The notes under the pieces: generated by a model | Seen by the model: the letters and a program-made list of their open reading frames with translations, nothing else | The model's database searches: none | Told to the model about the DNA's origin: nothing | In this document: positions 44,615 through 56,816 of the stretch, in pieces | Numbering within the stretch: position 1 is the first letter of the stretch | How the letters are laid out: every line of letters begins with the position of its first letter | Source of the DNA: Vicugna vicugna | Lineage: Eukaryota | Length of the DNA: 64,000 bases | Direction of reading: 5' to 3' | Assembly (NCBI GenBank): GCA_013265495.1 | Contig: MU062948.1 | Span: 124,001 to 188,000 of the forward strand | Position numbers and translations under genes: made by a program

Positions 44615-45934
44615 ATGGAAAAGGAAGGCGGGAAGCCCGCGGCTGTTGTCGCAGTTGTAACTGAGCCTCGGTTTACCCAGCGGTACAGGGAGTATCTCGA
44701 GAAGCAGAAACTCCTGGATAGACAGCACCGTGTGGAAAAGATGCCGGATGGCACCGTGGCGCTACCGGTGCTGGGAGAGGCCCTCCCTGAGCAGCACCTG
44801 CGGGAGCTGACGAATCGTGTGGCTCCAGGCAGCCGCTGTGTGCTAACGCAGCTCCTGGAGCCTGGTCCTTCAAAGAAGGCCCGGGGTTTTTCACCTGCCC
44901 AAAGGCTGTGTCTTGAGGTGAGGCGCTGGGTAGAGGGCTGCGGAGTGACGTGGTCAGCTGAGTTGGAGGCTGATCTGCCCCGATCTTGGCAACGACACGG
45001 TGATCTCTTGTTGCTGAGTGAGGACTGTTTCCAAGCCAAGCAGTGGAGAAATCTGGAACCAGAACTCTGGGAGACTGTTGCCTTGGCACTTGGCGTCCAG
45101 CGTTTGGCCAAACGAGGGCGGGTATCACCGGATGGCGCTCGGACTCCGGCAGTGAGTCTGCTGCTAGGTGACAGTGGCTGGGTAGAGCATGTGGATAATG
45201 GCATCCGATATAAGTTTGACGTGACCCAGTGCATGTTCTCCTTCGGAAACATCACTGAGAAGCTTCGTGTGGCTTCGTTGCCCTGTGCTGGAGAAGTACT
45301 GGTGGATCTCTATGCAGGGATTGGTTATTTCACATTGCCTTTCCTAGTTCATGCTGGTGCTGCCTTTGTCCATGCCTGTGAGTGGAACCCCCATGCTGTA
45401 GTTGCTCTGAGAAATAACCTTGAGCTCAATGGAGTAGTGGATCGGTGCCAAATACACTTTGGGGATAACAGAAAACTGAAGCTTTCAAACGTTGCGGACA
45501 GGGTGAACCTGGGGCTGATTCCCAGCTCTGAAGAAGGCTGGCCCATTGCCTGCCAAGTGCTAAGACGGGATGCTGGAGGCATTTTGCATATTCACCAAAA
45601 TGTGGAATCTTTCCCAGGGAAGACTGTCCAGCCTCCTGGAAACAGTGACACGGAGAAGGAGCATTGGCTTTCTCCTCAGCTTATTATCACCAACGAGTTG
45701 GAAAACGGAGCTACCAGTGACTCTGGGAGAAAAATGCTGTCAGCAGCCACCAAACCAGCGTGGCAAAGGTGGGCGGAGTCTGCAGAAACTCGCATTGCTA
45801 CTCTCCTTCAGCGGGTGCACGGGAAGCCGTGGAAGACACAAATTTTGCACATCCAGCCAGTGAAATCCTATGCTCCCCACGTGGATCACATAGTCCTGGA
45901 TCTGGACTGCCGCCCTTGTCCTCTAGTTGGCTAG
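44615..45934 (+). CDS. TRMT12: tRNA wybutosine-synthesizing protein 2 (TYW2, SAM-dependent aminocarboxypropyl transferase), single coding exon, 439 aa
   Basis: Uninterrupted ORF with strong Kozak (AGCATGG). Class I SAM-binding motif VLVDLYAGIGYFTLP, plus ACEWNPHA and C-terminal PVKSYAPHVDHIVLDL, as recalled for mammalian TRMT12. Position between TMEM65 and RNF139 fits known synteny. Confidence 0.98.
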   Translation: MEKEGGKPAAVVAVVTEPRFTQRYREYLEKQKLLDRQHRVEKMPDGTVALPVLGEALPEQHLRELTNRVAPGSRCVLTQLLEPGPSKKARGFSPAQRLCLEVRRWVEGCGVTWSAELEADLPRSWQRHGDLLLLSEDCFQAKQWRNLEPELWETVALALGVQRLAKRGRVSPDGARTPAVSLLLGDSGWVEHVDNGIRYKFDVTQCMFSFGNITEKLRVASLPCAGEVLVDLYAGIGYFTLPFLVHAGAAFVHACEWNPHAVVALRNNLELNGVVDRCQIHFGDNRKLKLSNVADRVNLGLIPSSEEGWPIACQVLRRDAGGILHIHQNVESFPGKTVQPPGNSDTEKEHWLSPQLIITNELENGATSDSGRKMLSAATKPAWQRWAESAETRIATLLQRVHGKPWKTQILHIQPVKSYAPHVDHIVLDLDCRPCPLVG

Positions 45935-46309
45935 AGAGGGTGGCTCCTGAGACATGAGGATCTCTGTGTGAGTGATCCTTAATGCATCAGCTCAGGCCGC
46001 GGTCTCACCCCTCTTGTCTCCTGGTAACATGTTTTAATATTTTGTAGTCCTGAAAGCAGGCTCTAAACCAATACATATCATTTTATTGTCTCCCATTAAC
46101 ACAGGGAGAATGAGCTGCTTATCTGGAAGAAGTGCTATGAGCTCATAGAAATGAAGCCCGTCTGTGCGATCATGAATTCTGAATTCTGACCTCAGTTCTG
46201 TCTGACCTTGCATGTGTGGTTCAAATATTCTGTTGGCCGTAGACTTTCTTGTTTGCAAGATGAAGGTTTCTTTGAATGGTCTCACATGACTGTTACCTAA
46301 TAAGTAGCT

Positions 46310-47900
46310 GTACACAGGGCACTGTTTAGAGTGAAGGACACAGTGCTGTTTCGAAAACCACTCCAGCTACAGTATGAAAAATTGCCCGGAGCAGAGCAAG
46401 GATTGAAGCAGGGAGGCCGGTGAGGAGGCTTCTATGGTTGTTCAGGCATGAGATGATGGTGGCTGGGACCAGGGGGTGGCAGTGGGAGGTGGATGGACTT
46501 GAGAAATAAAATTGATGGGCCAAAGCAGTGGAGTCCAAATCAAGGCATTGAAGTGGTGCTTCTTTATTATGACTGACTAAATGAGGGAGGCAAGGGGACA
46601 GAAATGACTCCAGTGTATTAACTCCATTCCCCTACTTAAGCATTCCTAAATGAGCGCTGGGGAGGCGGGCAATGTCTTATGTTAGGTTTATTGTGGTAGA
46701 AAAAGGGCTTAGGATGACTGCTTTAAGTCATAAGGAAGCTAGATTTCCAGCCTTAAGCTTCTGCAGTAGCTGCCAATTGCGAACTGTTTTTCAAAGTTTG
46801 AATTAAAAATCTTAGATTTATACAGGCCTCAGACTCGCTTTTCATCTTCCCTTCCTGGCTGACAACATCAGGACCAATACAAGAAGCTGTAAGGAAAGTG
46901 AGATATTCTGTGGTTTTTCAGGCCTCACCTTATTTTGTGGCTGTCTGCCATCACTGTTTATGGTTGGATTTGACTAATTGTAAGGAATCACTTTGGGATG
47001 ACTGACAATAGGTTGAGAACTACTTTTCAGAGCTTCATTTTGGTGCCCTTTGAAGCCCTCTGGGCTTGTTTGCCTGATGAAGGAGATAGAGGAAAGTGTG
47101 GCTTTATCAGCATTGCGATTGTCCCTGGCATTTGGCTGCCTGGGTAGGGCTGGGCTGCTTGTCCTTCTCTAGCAGCAGAGGCAAGGAGGACAGGGTTGCT
47201 GCTAGTTGTGTTATTCTGCAAATATTAAGTACAAATACAGTATTATATAGTATACGTGAGCCTCAGGAAATATGAAGAGACATTAGATACTGTCTGAGGA
47301 GCTCACAAGCTACCAGCAGAAATAACAAATGCTGAAAGAATTGGGATACAGTAAGTGCCATGTGAGTGATAGCACGTGGTATGAGTGCAGAGGTGGGGAG
47401 GAAGAGTTCTGAGACTTGAATGGGGACGTCTTCAAAGAGGTAGTGTCTGAATTGGCTCTTAAAAACTGGGTGAATTGTATCAGTGTCAATATCTTGGTTG
47501 TGAAATTTATACTACAGTTTTGCATATTGTTACCAGTAGGGGAAATGGGCTAAAGTGTACATGGAATGGATCTTCATATTATTTCTTATGATGCATGTGA
47601 ATCTACAATTATCCAAAAATTTAAATTAAAAAAGCAAAATCTACAGAAAGGTTGAAAAATAAAGAGATGTCATGGCAGAGATGGAAAAAAAAAAACAACT
47701 GGGTGAGATTTTGTTAAGTGGAGTCAGGGCAAAAGCAGATGTTGGTTGAAGAGACCAACAGATGCCAAAGTTGGAATGCTCAGGAAGTGTTTGGAGCATC
47801 GCCTTTGGATCAGCTTGGAACCAAAGAAGCAGTGAGAGATGTGTTGGAGATGATAGTTGTAAGGATTAAAAAGTACAGTGTTTTGTGCACAGTAGGCTCT
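46310..47900 (-). mobile_element. Scattered L2 fragments downstream of TRMT12 (about 46310-46620 and 47230-47900)
   Basis: ggaagcagggaggccggtgaggaggct...caggcatgagatgatggtggctggg is typical antisense L2. Confidence 0.6.
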
Positions 47901-50819
47901 CCAATGTGTTGGCAGAGAGAGCCCGTTAATTTCCATCCCCATCTCACAGAATGGCCTTCCTGTGTGTGCCTTCATCATTTCCTCTTTCACATATTGGATT
48001 TCTTCTCACATATGTGCCTATGGCTTCCTCTCCTTAACCCAGAGATGACAAGCTGGGGCTTGAGCCAAACTGGGGAGAAAGGCGGGGGAGAGACACTGAA
48101 GAAGATGATTAGGGAGCCACGTTTCTGGGGGCTGAGGAGTTCCCTTCCTGCCACAGACTATGGAGAGGGAGCTGATGTCAGGGGCACCCGAATGAGTTCA
48201 TTCCACCTGTTACACATATCAGGCCCTGAGTGTTCCTGGTGGAGGAAGATTGACGTGGGCTCTGCCTTCATGGAATTTAGGTTCCACTCTTTCAACTCCT
48301 GGCTCCTCTACTTGCTGTGTGACCTGAGACAAGTCATGCATCTCTCAGGATTTTATTTCCTCATGTGCACGTTGAAATTAACAATTGTTCACACCCTGAA
48401 GGAGGGTTGTTGGGTTTAGATGAGTTAACATAGTTAACTGTCATCACAGTGACTGCTGTACCATGAGCACTTCTGTCAGTCCGTCTCTGCACAAGGTGAA
48501 CTGCCATTTCCCAGTTTGGCTGTGAGGATTGCTCTACATCTGCTTTACTTACAGCGGAATGTCTTTATTTGGAAGCCATTCACTGGTTAGTTAGGATGTG
48601 CTGTGCACTCTCTCCATCAGGCCCTGTAAAGCTGAGTCCTGCCCACAGTGGAATCACCATCTGGTAAAGCAGACACAGGAATAACATCAGTCTGTGTCCC
48701 AAGTGTACACAGACAAATGGGTTTTCACAGGCACACGTGGGGAGGCAGCTGCCCACATTTGGGGATCTGTGTGGTGGGAGGTGGAGAGGGTGACTGGGAT
48801 GGTGGGAGCAGGGATGCCTACACTGAGAGTTAAAGGATGAGCAGGAGTTTTGTGTGAATGGAAGAAAATAAAGGTCCCTTAAGCCTTTTCTCCACTTGAG
48901 GATATCCGTTTACATTACAGTTCTCTCCAAGCACTCACTGGTTTGGTCTGCTCAGGGAGAGACTTTACTAGAACCAAGATAAAAAGACTGAAGGGTCAGG
49001 AGGCTCCCGGAGTCCTTGTCACCTCAATCTGCGAATTTCTAAAAGCTCTAAAGGCTTCCGTGGCAATCCTCAGTATTAGTTACTGGTTAATGCACCCACT
49101 TCAGATGGAGAAGTGTGGTTAAAAAACAATAATAATTTTATCAAACTCCCTCGATTGAGAGCTGCTCTATTCATTAATTCCATAATTTTAATACAATTAC
49201 ATGCATGTTTTAATATATGAGTATAATGTATACATTTAAAACATACACACATAGACATTTTAAGTGATGAGAAACAAATAGAAAAAGCATTCTTAATTCA
49301 GTTTCTCCCGCCCTGGGCACACGTGTGAGAAGAAACCCAATATATATCATTCTGAACAGCCTCAGGATGCAGGCATTCCACACTGGCTGCCATAAAACTA
49401 GTCATTTTCAAACTAAACTATTATTTTAAATGATTACAGTTATTTTCATATTTCTCAAAACATGTTTGTGTTTTGTTCTGGAATATAGTCATTACTTGGA
49501 AACAGTTTGATCCTCTTGAGTCTTGCTTTTAAAATAGCATTTGTTAGAGCAGCACTTAGTCTAGGATTAATTTTTTTCCACTACTGAAGCAAGACCTTTC
49601 TTAGCTCTCGTACCGATGCCTTGTGAATTACGAGATTTCCTACTCTTGCTGGTAGACACAGGAATTATTCGCCACCCTGTGTGAGCGCTGAGTATTGTTT
49701 CCTATAATCTCTTTGGATGGTTCTTTTCTTGGCCCTTGGTAGTTTCCTGTCATGCGTGCTGATCATTAGTCAGCTGAATACTTGCGGGCAGTGGTCAGCA
49801 GATCCCTGGAGTTCTCTCTGTGTGTGTGGCTCTCTCCCTTCTGGCATCCTGCCCTGTGAACTCTAGGTACGGGGGCTCCCAGGACTCCCAGTCCCATCTC
49901 CTCACCTCAGGGAGTCTGCTGGCCTCCACTCCCACCTCCTGCCACAGCCCGGAAAACTCCAGGCAGTGAGTTGGAGCTGTTGTATGGCTCTCTTTTCTTT
50001 TCCATCTCTCATGGACCGTTGCCCTTCATAGCTGCTGTCTACTGCCTTGAGGGCTGTTGTTTCATACATTTTGTCTAGTTTTTTATAAACTATTTAAAGA
50101 TTTATAATAATTGTTTTGTGCATACATTACTAGTTTTCACAATGATTATTACTGAAAAGATTCACTCTAGCAATAATAAATATACATACGTACTTCAGTT
50201 GACATGTTTCAACATAGAAAGCACATAAGAATTTGATGCTATAAGTATGTTTAGAATGCTTACCCATATTATAAAGTGAATATTAAAATATTAGCAATAA
50301 ATAGTGAAATCTTTCTGATTAAGTGTGATAATAACCTGCAAGATTTCTTGACCAACAGTCACACACAATTTCAGAAGGCCAAAAATAGTAAGAAAAATAG
50401 GTAATTTTGAGAAATTTGTCTCCTTGGGTTTTTCAAGGTCAAGGGTGAATCAAAGGTAAGTAGGAAATATTGAATATGAAGCTTAAACTGGATTTTGGTA
50501 TAGCACACACACGTTAGGTAGATAGATGTAGATGGATAGACAGCCTGTCCTAGCTTCTCCTGGGCTCTCCTTTTTTCTTTTTAGTAATTGAATTTTTTTT
50601 AATTACAGCTATGCATACTCACAGTTTCAAAACTCAAATAAAAGTAACAGAACTTTATGAAAAAAGCAGCTGTTGCACACAGCACCATCCTGAAGCAGCT
50701 GTCCCGCAGCTCCTTCCCCTCACGTTGTGTGTCTACTTTCACCACCTTCAGGTGGGCTTATTTGCCAGAGGAGACACAGGACCTGACCTCTGTACCACCA
50801 GGAGCCGTGAGAGTCCGTG

Positions 50820-53305
50820 GAACTGGGTCCTGACGGCGTAGGATCAGAAGCAGTTTGCATTCACACAGGACAGACAACAGCCCTCTCCCAGTCTCCATCG
50901 TAATATACTCTGAAGAGGTCTAGACCATGTGAACATTCCACAGAACGCCGCCCTGACCTGTTACATTCATGACATCACAGTACTTGGGCCAGATAAACAG
51001 TAAGTAGCCAGCACACTGTACTCCCAAGGATGGGAAATGATCACTAATAAGAACCAGAAAACTTTTCTATCAGTGAAATTTTTAGGGAGTGGTCTGCTTG
51101 CATGTCAAGATGCCGCACTCATAATAGAGATATTTTTTCCACATTTATTTTATCAGTATTATTTTGCCACCAAAGAAGCACATCTAGCTCCAGGCTTCTT
51201 TGTGGGGGATATTCAGAACCGGGAATGCTGCCCTGGCTCATACACTGGGTGACAGAAGGCTGACGGTTTTCACTTGGCTCTAAAGGCTCTGTAGCAGGTT
51301 CAGGCTGCAGTGTGACTAACCTTGTTGTGTGGACCGTTCGGTCCAGGAGATTCTACGGGGTGAGGCAGTCTTGATAAGCGAAGTGGCCCTAGGAGCCTAT
51401 GCAAGGTCCAGCAGGAGAATCCCAAGGTAGACGTCTAGGTTCTGCAGCAAGGCCAGGGCAGCCGCTGCGGAGGACTGCAAGTCACTCAAAAGTGGCTCCT
51501 TGCGTGCCAACGAGCCTTGGTAAGAACGGAGCCTCTCGTGGGACGTTAGCCTGAGTTGCTCATCATGAGCTAGGTTTTGTCAGACCCACCAAGTCAGTCC
51601 ATCATAAGATGGAAGTGGTACGTCTGGGATCGGTGACAAGCAGGGCCAGAGGAAATGAACAGTTGCACAGGCATGTGTCAAACTCACAACTCACCCCAAG
51701 ATCCCTCCCTCAGCTCTGATGTCTAACTGATGGAGGACAAAAAGCCCAGGCTCAGTTCACTGATGGGTTTTGCTGGAATATGGGTTCGAAACACAACAGA
51801 CTGCTGCTGTCCTTCAGCCTGAGTCGGGAGTGCTGTTAAAAGACGGGAGTTCTCTGAACAGGCGGAACTTGGGGCAGTCTTCCTGGTTGTCCACCTTGTG
51901 TGGAAAGGAAAGTGGCCTGAAAGTAAGAATATAGCTTTTTGGCAAGTGGCAAATAGGTTGTCTAGATGGTCGGGGCCTGGAATGAGAAAGATGAGAAGAT
52001 GAGGAACAAGGTAACCTAGAGAAGAAGCAGGGGAGAAATCTATGGGATTGGGCACCGAGTAAAGAACTTTGCGCTGCATGACAGTGCCTACCAGGGACAT
52101 CCACCATGGAAGAGGCGCTCAATATCAAGTGAACAAAGAGCCCCAGCCAGTTAACTTCAGCGACCACAGTCATCAGCTCTCCCAGGACTGGCATGATGGG
52201 CTCGTCATGTAGTCATGTTGCAGGGGTGCGGGTTAGCAAGAGGCCAACAGTGTGGCTTCCACTCACCAAGTGGCCACTCCTTCATGTTCAAAACTGAGCC
52301 CTTGATACAACATCATCCCTCAAGGAAATTGAGCAGCTACGTGGTATCAAGTTGATTACACTGGACTCCTATCCTGGAAGGACAGTGATTCACCTTGACT
52401 AGAATCTTCCCATCTCCAGGTATGAGTCTGCCTTTCCTGCCCACAAGATGTTAGCCAGACTACTTATTGCAGGGTTTACAAGTGTCCATCGGTATGTATC
52501 CTGCATAATATTGCCTTTGACCTGGGGACCCACTTTGCTGCAAAAGAGGTGTTTCAGTGAGCACGTGACCATTGGAATTCACCAGTCCTATCACATACTA
52601 CAGAACCTTGGAAATGCTGGCCCAATGGAGTGGTGGAAAAACCTTTGGAATTGAAGCAAGAGCTTGGAGATGATACCCTGTGAAGACAGGATGCTGTCCA
52701 CCAAGACTCAGTATACATGCTAAAAAACACATCACATAGTGCCACATCCACTATAGATAGAAAATGCTGCAAGTCTGTGGTGGGCTAAATAATGGGCCCC
52801 AATTATGTCCATGTCCTAATCCCCAGAATCTGTGAATATATTACCTTACATGGTAAAAGGGATTTGTCAGATTAAGTTAAGGATCTCCAGATGGGGAGGG
52901 TATCATGGATGATCTAGGTGGGCCCAATATAATCTCAGAGGTCCTTATAAGAGGGAGGTGGGAGCAAGTAGCAGGAGATGTGATGACTGAAGTAGGAGGT
53001 TGGAGTGATGTAAGGAAGGGACCATAAGCCAACGAATGTAGGCAGCCTCTAGAAATAGAAAAAGGCAAAGAAATGGATTCTCTCCCAAAGCCTTCAGGAG
53101 GAACACAGCCTTGTTGACACCTCAATTTTAGATTCTTGATTTCCATGATGTAAGAATAAATTTGTGTTGTTTTGAACCATGAAATTTGTGGTAATTTGTT
53201 ATAGCAGCAATAGGAAATTAATACACCTACTTACTGTCTCCACTGACCCACGTGCTTCCCATCCCCACAACTTTGTGAGTCTAGAGGGCTGGTTCCTAAC
53301 AGGGG
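50820..53305 (+). mobile_element. Decayed ERV-L (HERV-L-like) pol relic: RT - RNase H - integrase
   Basis: DQKQFAF; YIHD (YIDD-like) at 50962-50973; KAL*QVQAAV; FTDG at 51756-51767; WYQVDYTG at 52342-52365; GTHFAAKEV. Many stops and frameshifts. Resumes briefly after the MLT1 insertion. Confidence 0.85.
52776..53225 (+). mobile_element. MLT1D-like LTR nested in the ERV-L integrase relic
   Basis: tgtggtgggctaaataatgg...gtcctaatccccagaatctgtgaatat...ggaaattaataCA. Confidence 0.87.
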
Positions 53306-56286
53306 ATTAAATTGGATAGTATATCTTAATGTATTTTATATCTTAATCTGACATTATTAATTTGCTTTTTTTCTTTTTCCCAGATGAGGATACTGAAGAC
53401 TAGAGAGTTTAAGTAATTTGTCTAGAGACAGAGAACTAGTAAGCAGCAGAAGTGGGCAAGCATAATGCCAAGCATATAGAAAGTGCTCAATAAATGTCTG
53501 TTGAATGAATAAGTGAGCCAAAGTCAGTCAATATGTATGCCACATTGACTCCAAATGCCACTATATTCTCTGATGCTTCCTTTGTTAACTAAACAACAAC
53601 AGAATCTTCCTATTCATTTGGCATTTACAAAACCAGAAAATTCAAATAGCTGTATTTTGATGAGCATACCTGAAATTTACTTTAATGAGATAAAAACTAT
53701 GAAGTAATTTAGGATCAGAGATAGTAATTTCCAAGGCCTGAAATAGTATGTGTTAATGCCTTGGGGGTGGCGGGGGGGCCTACCAGTCCCTGTGCTTCCT
53801 ACCAGCATCCCCATCTTCCACTTGAAGGAAATACATAATACATTGGTGGGGACGGGTGAGGTGGGTAATTCAAGTGCTTGTTTCCTCCTGCTTCCTTCCA
53901 CTAAGGAGGCTGCTTGTACTGCCCTTTGGTACAGCTAGGGTACAGATACACAAGTCAGTAAGCTTGACCAATTGCATAGTCACTCTTGGAACTTGAAATC
54001 TTGAAGAATAATTCAGATAATCCTCTAATAAATTCCCTTTTTGCATAAGATAGCCCAGAATCAGTTGCTGTCGCATGTAACAGAGTTGGCCGATGCAAAT
54101 ATCAGTAGAGAATTCAAACTGGTCCTTACACATTCCACATCTAAAGGCTTTTTACAACTATTAAAAGGTTTCTGAGCCATTAAAGCCAAATGAACAAACT
54201 GTTATTTTTGAACATCGATTATTTATGAATACACACACACACTCCACGTACTGCTCTGGGTAGACTTTAGTATGTACCTGAGTTGTGCAATATTCAAATC
54301 AATGTAGAAGCCAAAGAGATTAGATTCAGGGAACTGCAGCTATCCCTTTGAAAACTTTTCATATAAAAATTCCTAAAAGCATTCTAAAAACAACCTCATT
54401 AATATAAATTTGGTTTTAAGGTAATATTTTAAAGTACTTGCCAGGATCTTTTTCAGACCTTCATTTTATAGATGGGGAAAAGAGAGACCCAGGGGGTTTA
54501 AATTTTAGAGACTTGCTTAAAGTCATGTGTGAGTAAGATAAAAATGACTGTGCCACCACTACTGAAATTCTGGGCCCAAGGTGGGATTTAGTTGTAATTA
54601 GAAATTCTTATACTAATAAAATTTGTGCATCAAATTAAGAACAGAGACTGTTAATGAGACTGACCATTTGTTCCTTTAAAAAAATCTTATTTAATTTTTG
54701 CAACATTTAACTTTTTAGATAAAAATTGGAGGACCCATGAACTATTTTATTCTTCATTTTGCATGGTCAAAATATAATGGTTCTCACCTCCTGTCTCCTC
54801 TTCCACACTGTTTTAGATTAGCCCTGTGGAAACCTTTCTCCATACTAGCATTCCTCATTTTGCTTTAAATTGCAATCAGGGCAGAATACTGGTAGGTTGA
54901 CTAGCTAACTCACATCTCTGAGGTTCTCTATATAAGTCTTCATAGTTCTCTCATTTTACCAAGTTTGCTTTCCTTTGGGAATTTTGTCAAAACCACAAGG
55001 TTACTCCCCAGATGTGCTGTTCAGGAAAATTAACCCTACAGAAGTAAACAGACTGGAATAGAAAAAGTGGTGGCCACGGTGCCATAAATCGGGAAGCTAC
55101 AGTAGAATCTTGGGTTGGGATGGTTACGGTGACAACAGAAAGGAGAGGGGTATAAGAGACCATCAAGAAAGAATGGGTGAGATTTGACTGCAGATTGTTG
55201 GTGAAAAGGGGAAGGAAGCAAAGATGCCTGGGGTTTTAAGCTTCACGTAGCCCTGGGTTTGAATCTTAGGTGCAACTCTTGCTAGCTGTTGTTGCCAAAA
55301 AACCAGCCTCTGTTCCCTGATAGCTGAATTGAGACTTGGAGGCAGTGTTTTGGGAGGATAGAAAAGAGCAGCTTTATGGCTTTGCCAGGCAAAGGGAGCA
55401 TAGCAGGCTAATGCCTTGAAGACTCTGGCCCATCTTGGGGTTGCGGTCTTGAGGTTTCATAGAAAAACTGGATGGAACAGAACAGGTAATAACAATTAGG
55501 GCGTTTTTCAGGCTGCTACATTCCTCTTAACCTCAATGAATCTGCACGGGGAACTCTGGGGGATGTGTCTATTCTTCTGAGATTATCAGCCTATTATCTC
55601 CTTCCGGGAGCGCAGCCTCTGGGTTAAAGTTCTTCTCAGTGAAGAATGAATCAGCAAACAGTTTTAGCATCAGGGAAGTCAGCTGGTCAGTTTGTTTCCC
55701 ACTCCTTCACTATGGCCATGCTGGCCACCCACCACTTTATTTACTTACCAATTTTGTGGTTTTGACAACTTATCTAAGCCTCAGTTTCCTCTTAGAAATA
55801 GATAAAACCTATCAAAGTGAAGCTGATGCAAAGATTTCAGTAAAGTATAACCCTTAGCACAATACACAGTAGCCTAGTACACAGTAAGCACTACATAGAT
55901 GGCAGTCATTATTAGTGGGGGATAACAAAAGAAGGTTAAAACCAGAGACTAGTGTCAGGAGTCTGGGTGTGGGTTCAATCAACACAGTCCTCCACCCAGA
56001 GAAAGGGGTGTTGGAGTTTTATAGTTCTCCTCCCTCCAGAGGGCTCACTGATGGAGGACCCAAAAAAGAGCCCATAAGCAACCCATATAGAACCCCTGAT
56101 AAACACTGGGTTGCAGAGTGCAGTTTGGACTAGGAGCCTTAGTGAGCCAAGTTCTATTTCATCGCCCTTAATCTAAAATGGCTTGGTCTACAGTGCAGAC
56201 TCTGGCCTAACTTAAACTCTTGCTGGTTAAGGAACATAAAGATAAGGATAGCCAGATTATATTAATTACATGGATAGGCAAAAAAG

Positions 56287-56816
56287 TGTAGAGGAGGGAC
56301 AAAAGTCTTTTCCTTCCTAGGTTTTGTGGCTCTGGCTCTGAACTAAACTGACAAAAGATTAACAAGAGAAAAACACAGCTTATTAGCTCATGTGGTGCAC
56401 ATATGTCTGGGAGAAACTAGTGATGACTAACTCCAAGAGGTGGCTACAGTTTGGGGCTCCTATAGCATATTAACAAGGAACAATGCATTTGTAGATAAAT
56501 GACAAGACAAAGGAGAAGGGGTTTAGGCTTTTAGGGGTGGCAAACTGGGAAAGTAAATATATGGGGGAAACTAACGGAAGATAAGGATTCGTTCAGTACT
56601 ATTTGGGGGGTGATCCAGTCCAAGAGTTGTCCTCTTGGTAGGGGAGACACCTTTACAAACGGAAATTCATGCTGGATTTTTAGGCAAATGGGAAGGGAGG
56701 GGGAGTGTTGAGATGAAGCACTTTTTGTTTATTCCTGCTGTTTCTCAACTGTCTTCAGCTCAAAATAATTATGTCAAAGTGGCATATTTTGGGGAGGCAT
56801 GTTCTGATCCCCTACA
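56287..56816 (-). mobile_element. MER34/MER39-like (MER4-group) ERV1 LTR
   Basis: The right end gtggcatattttggggaggcatgttctgatcccctaca is the reverse complement of the MER4-group LTR start. No clean TSD. Confidence 0.65.

Noticed and set aside
44485-45255. 256-aa antisense ORF over TRMT12
   Set aside because: Shadow of a GC-rich sense CDS; no recognisable domain.
47718-48419. 233-aa plus-strand ORF
   Set aside because: Starts at GTG, runs across L2/MIR fragments, and has no protein-like motifs. Chance open frame.
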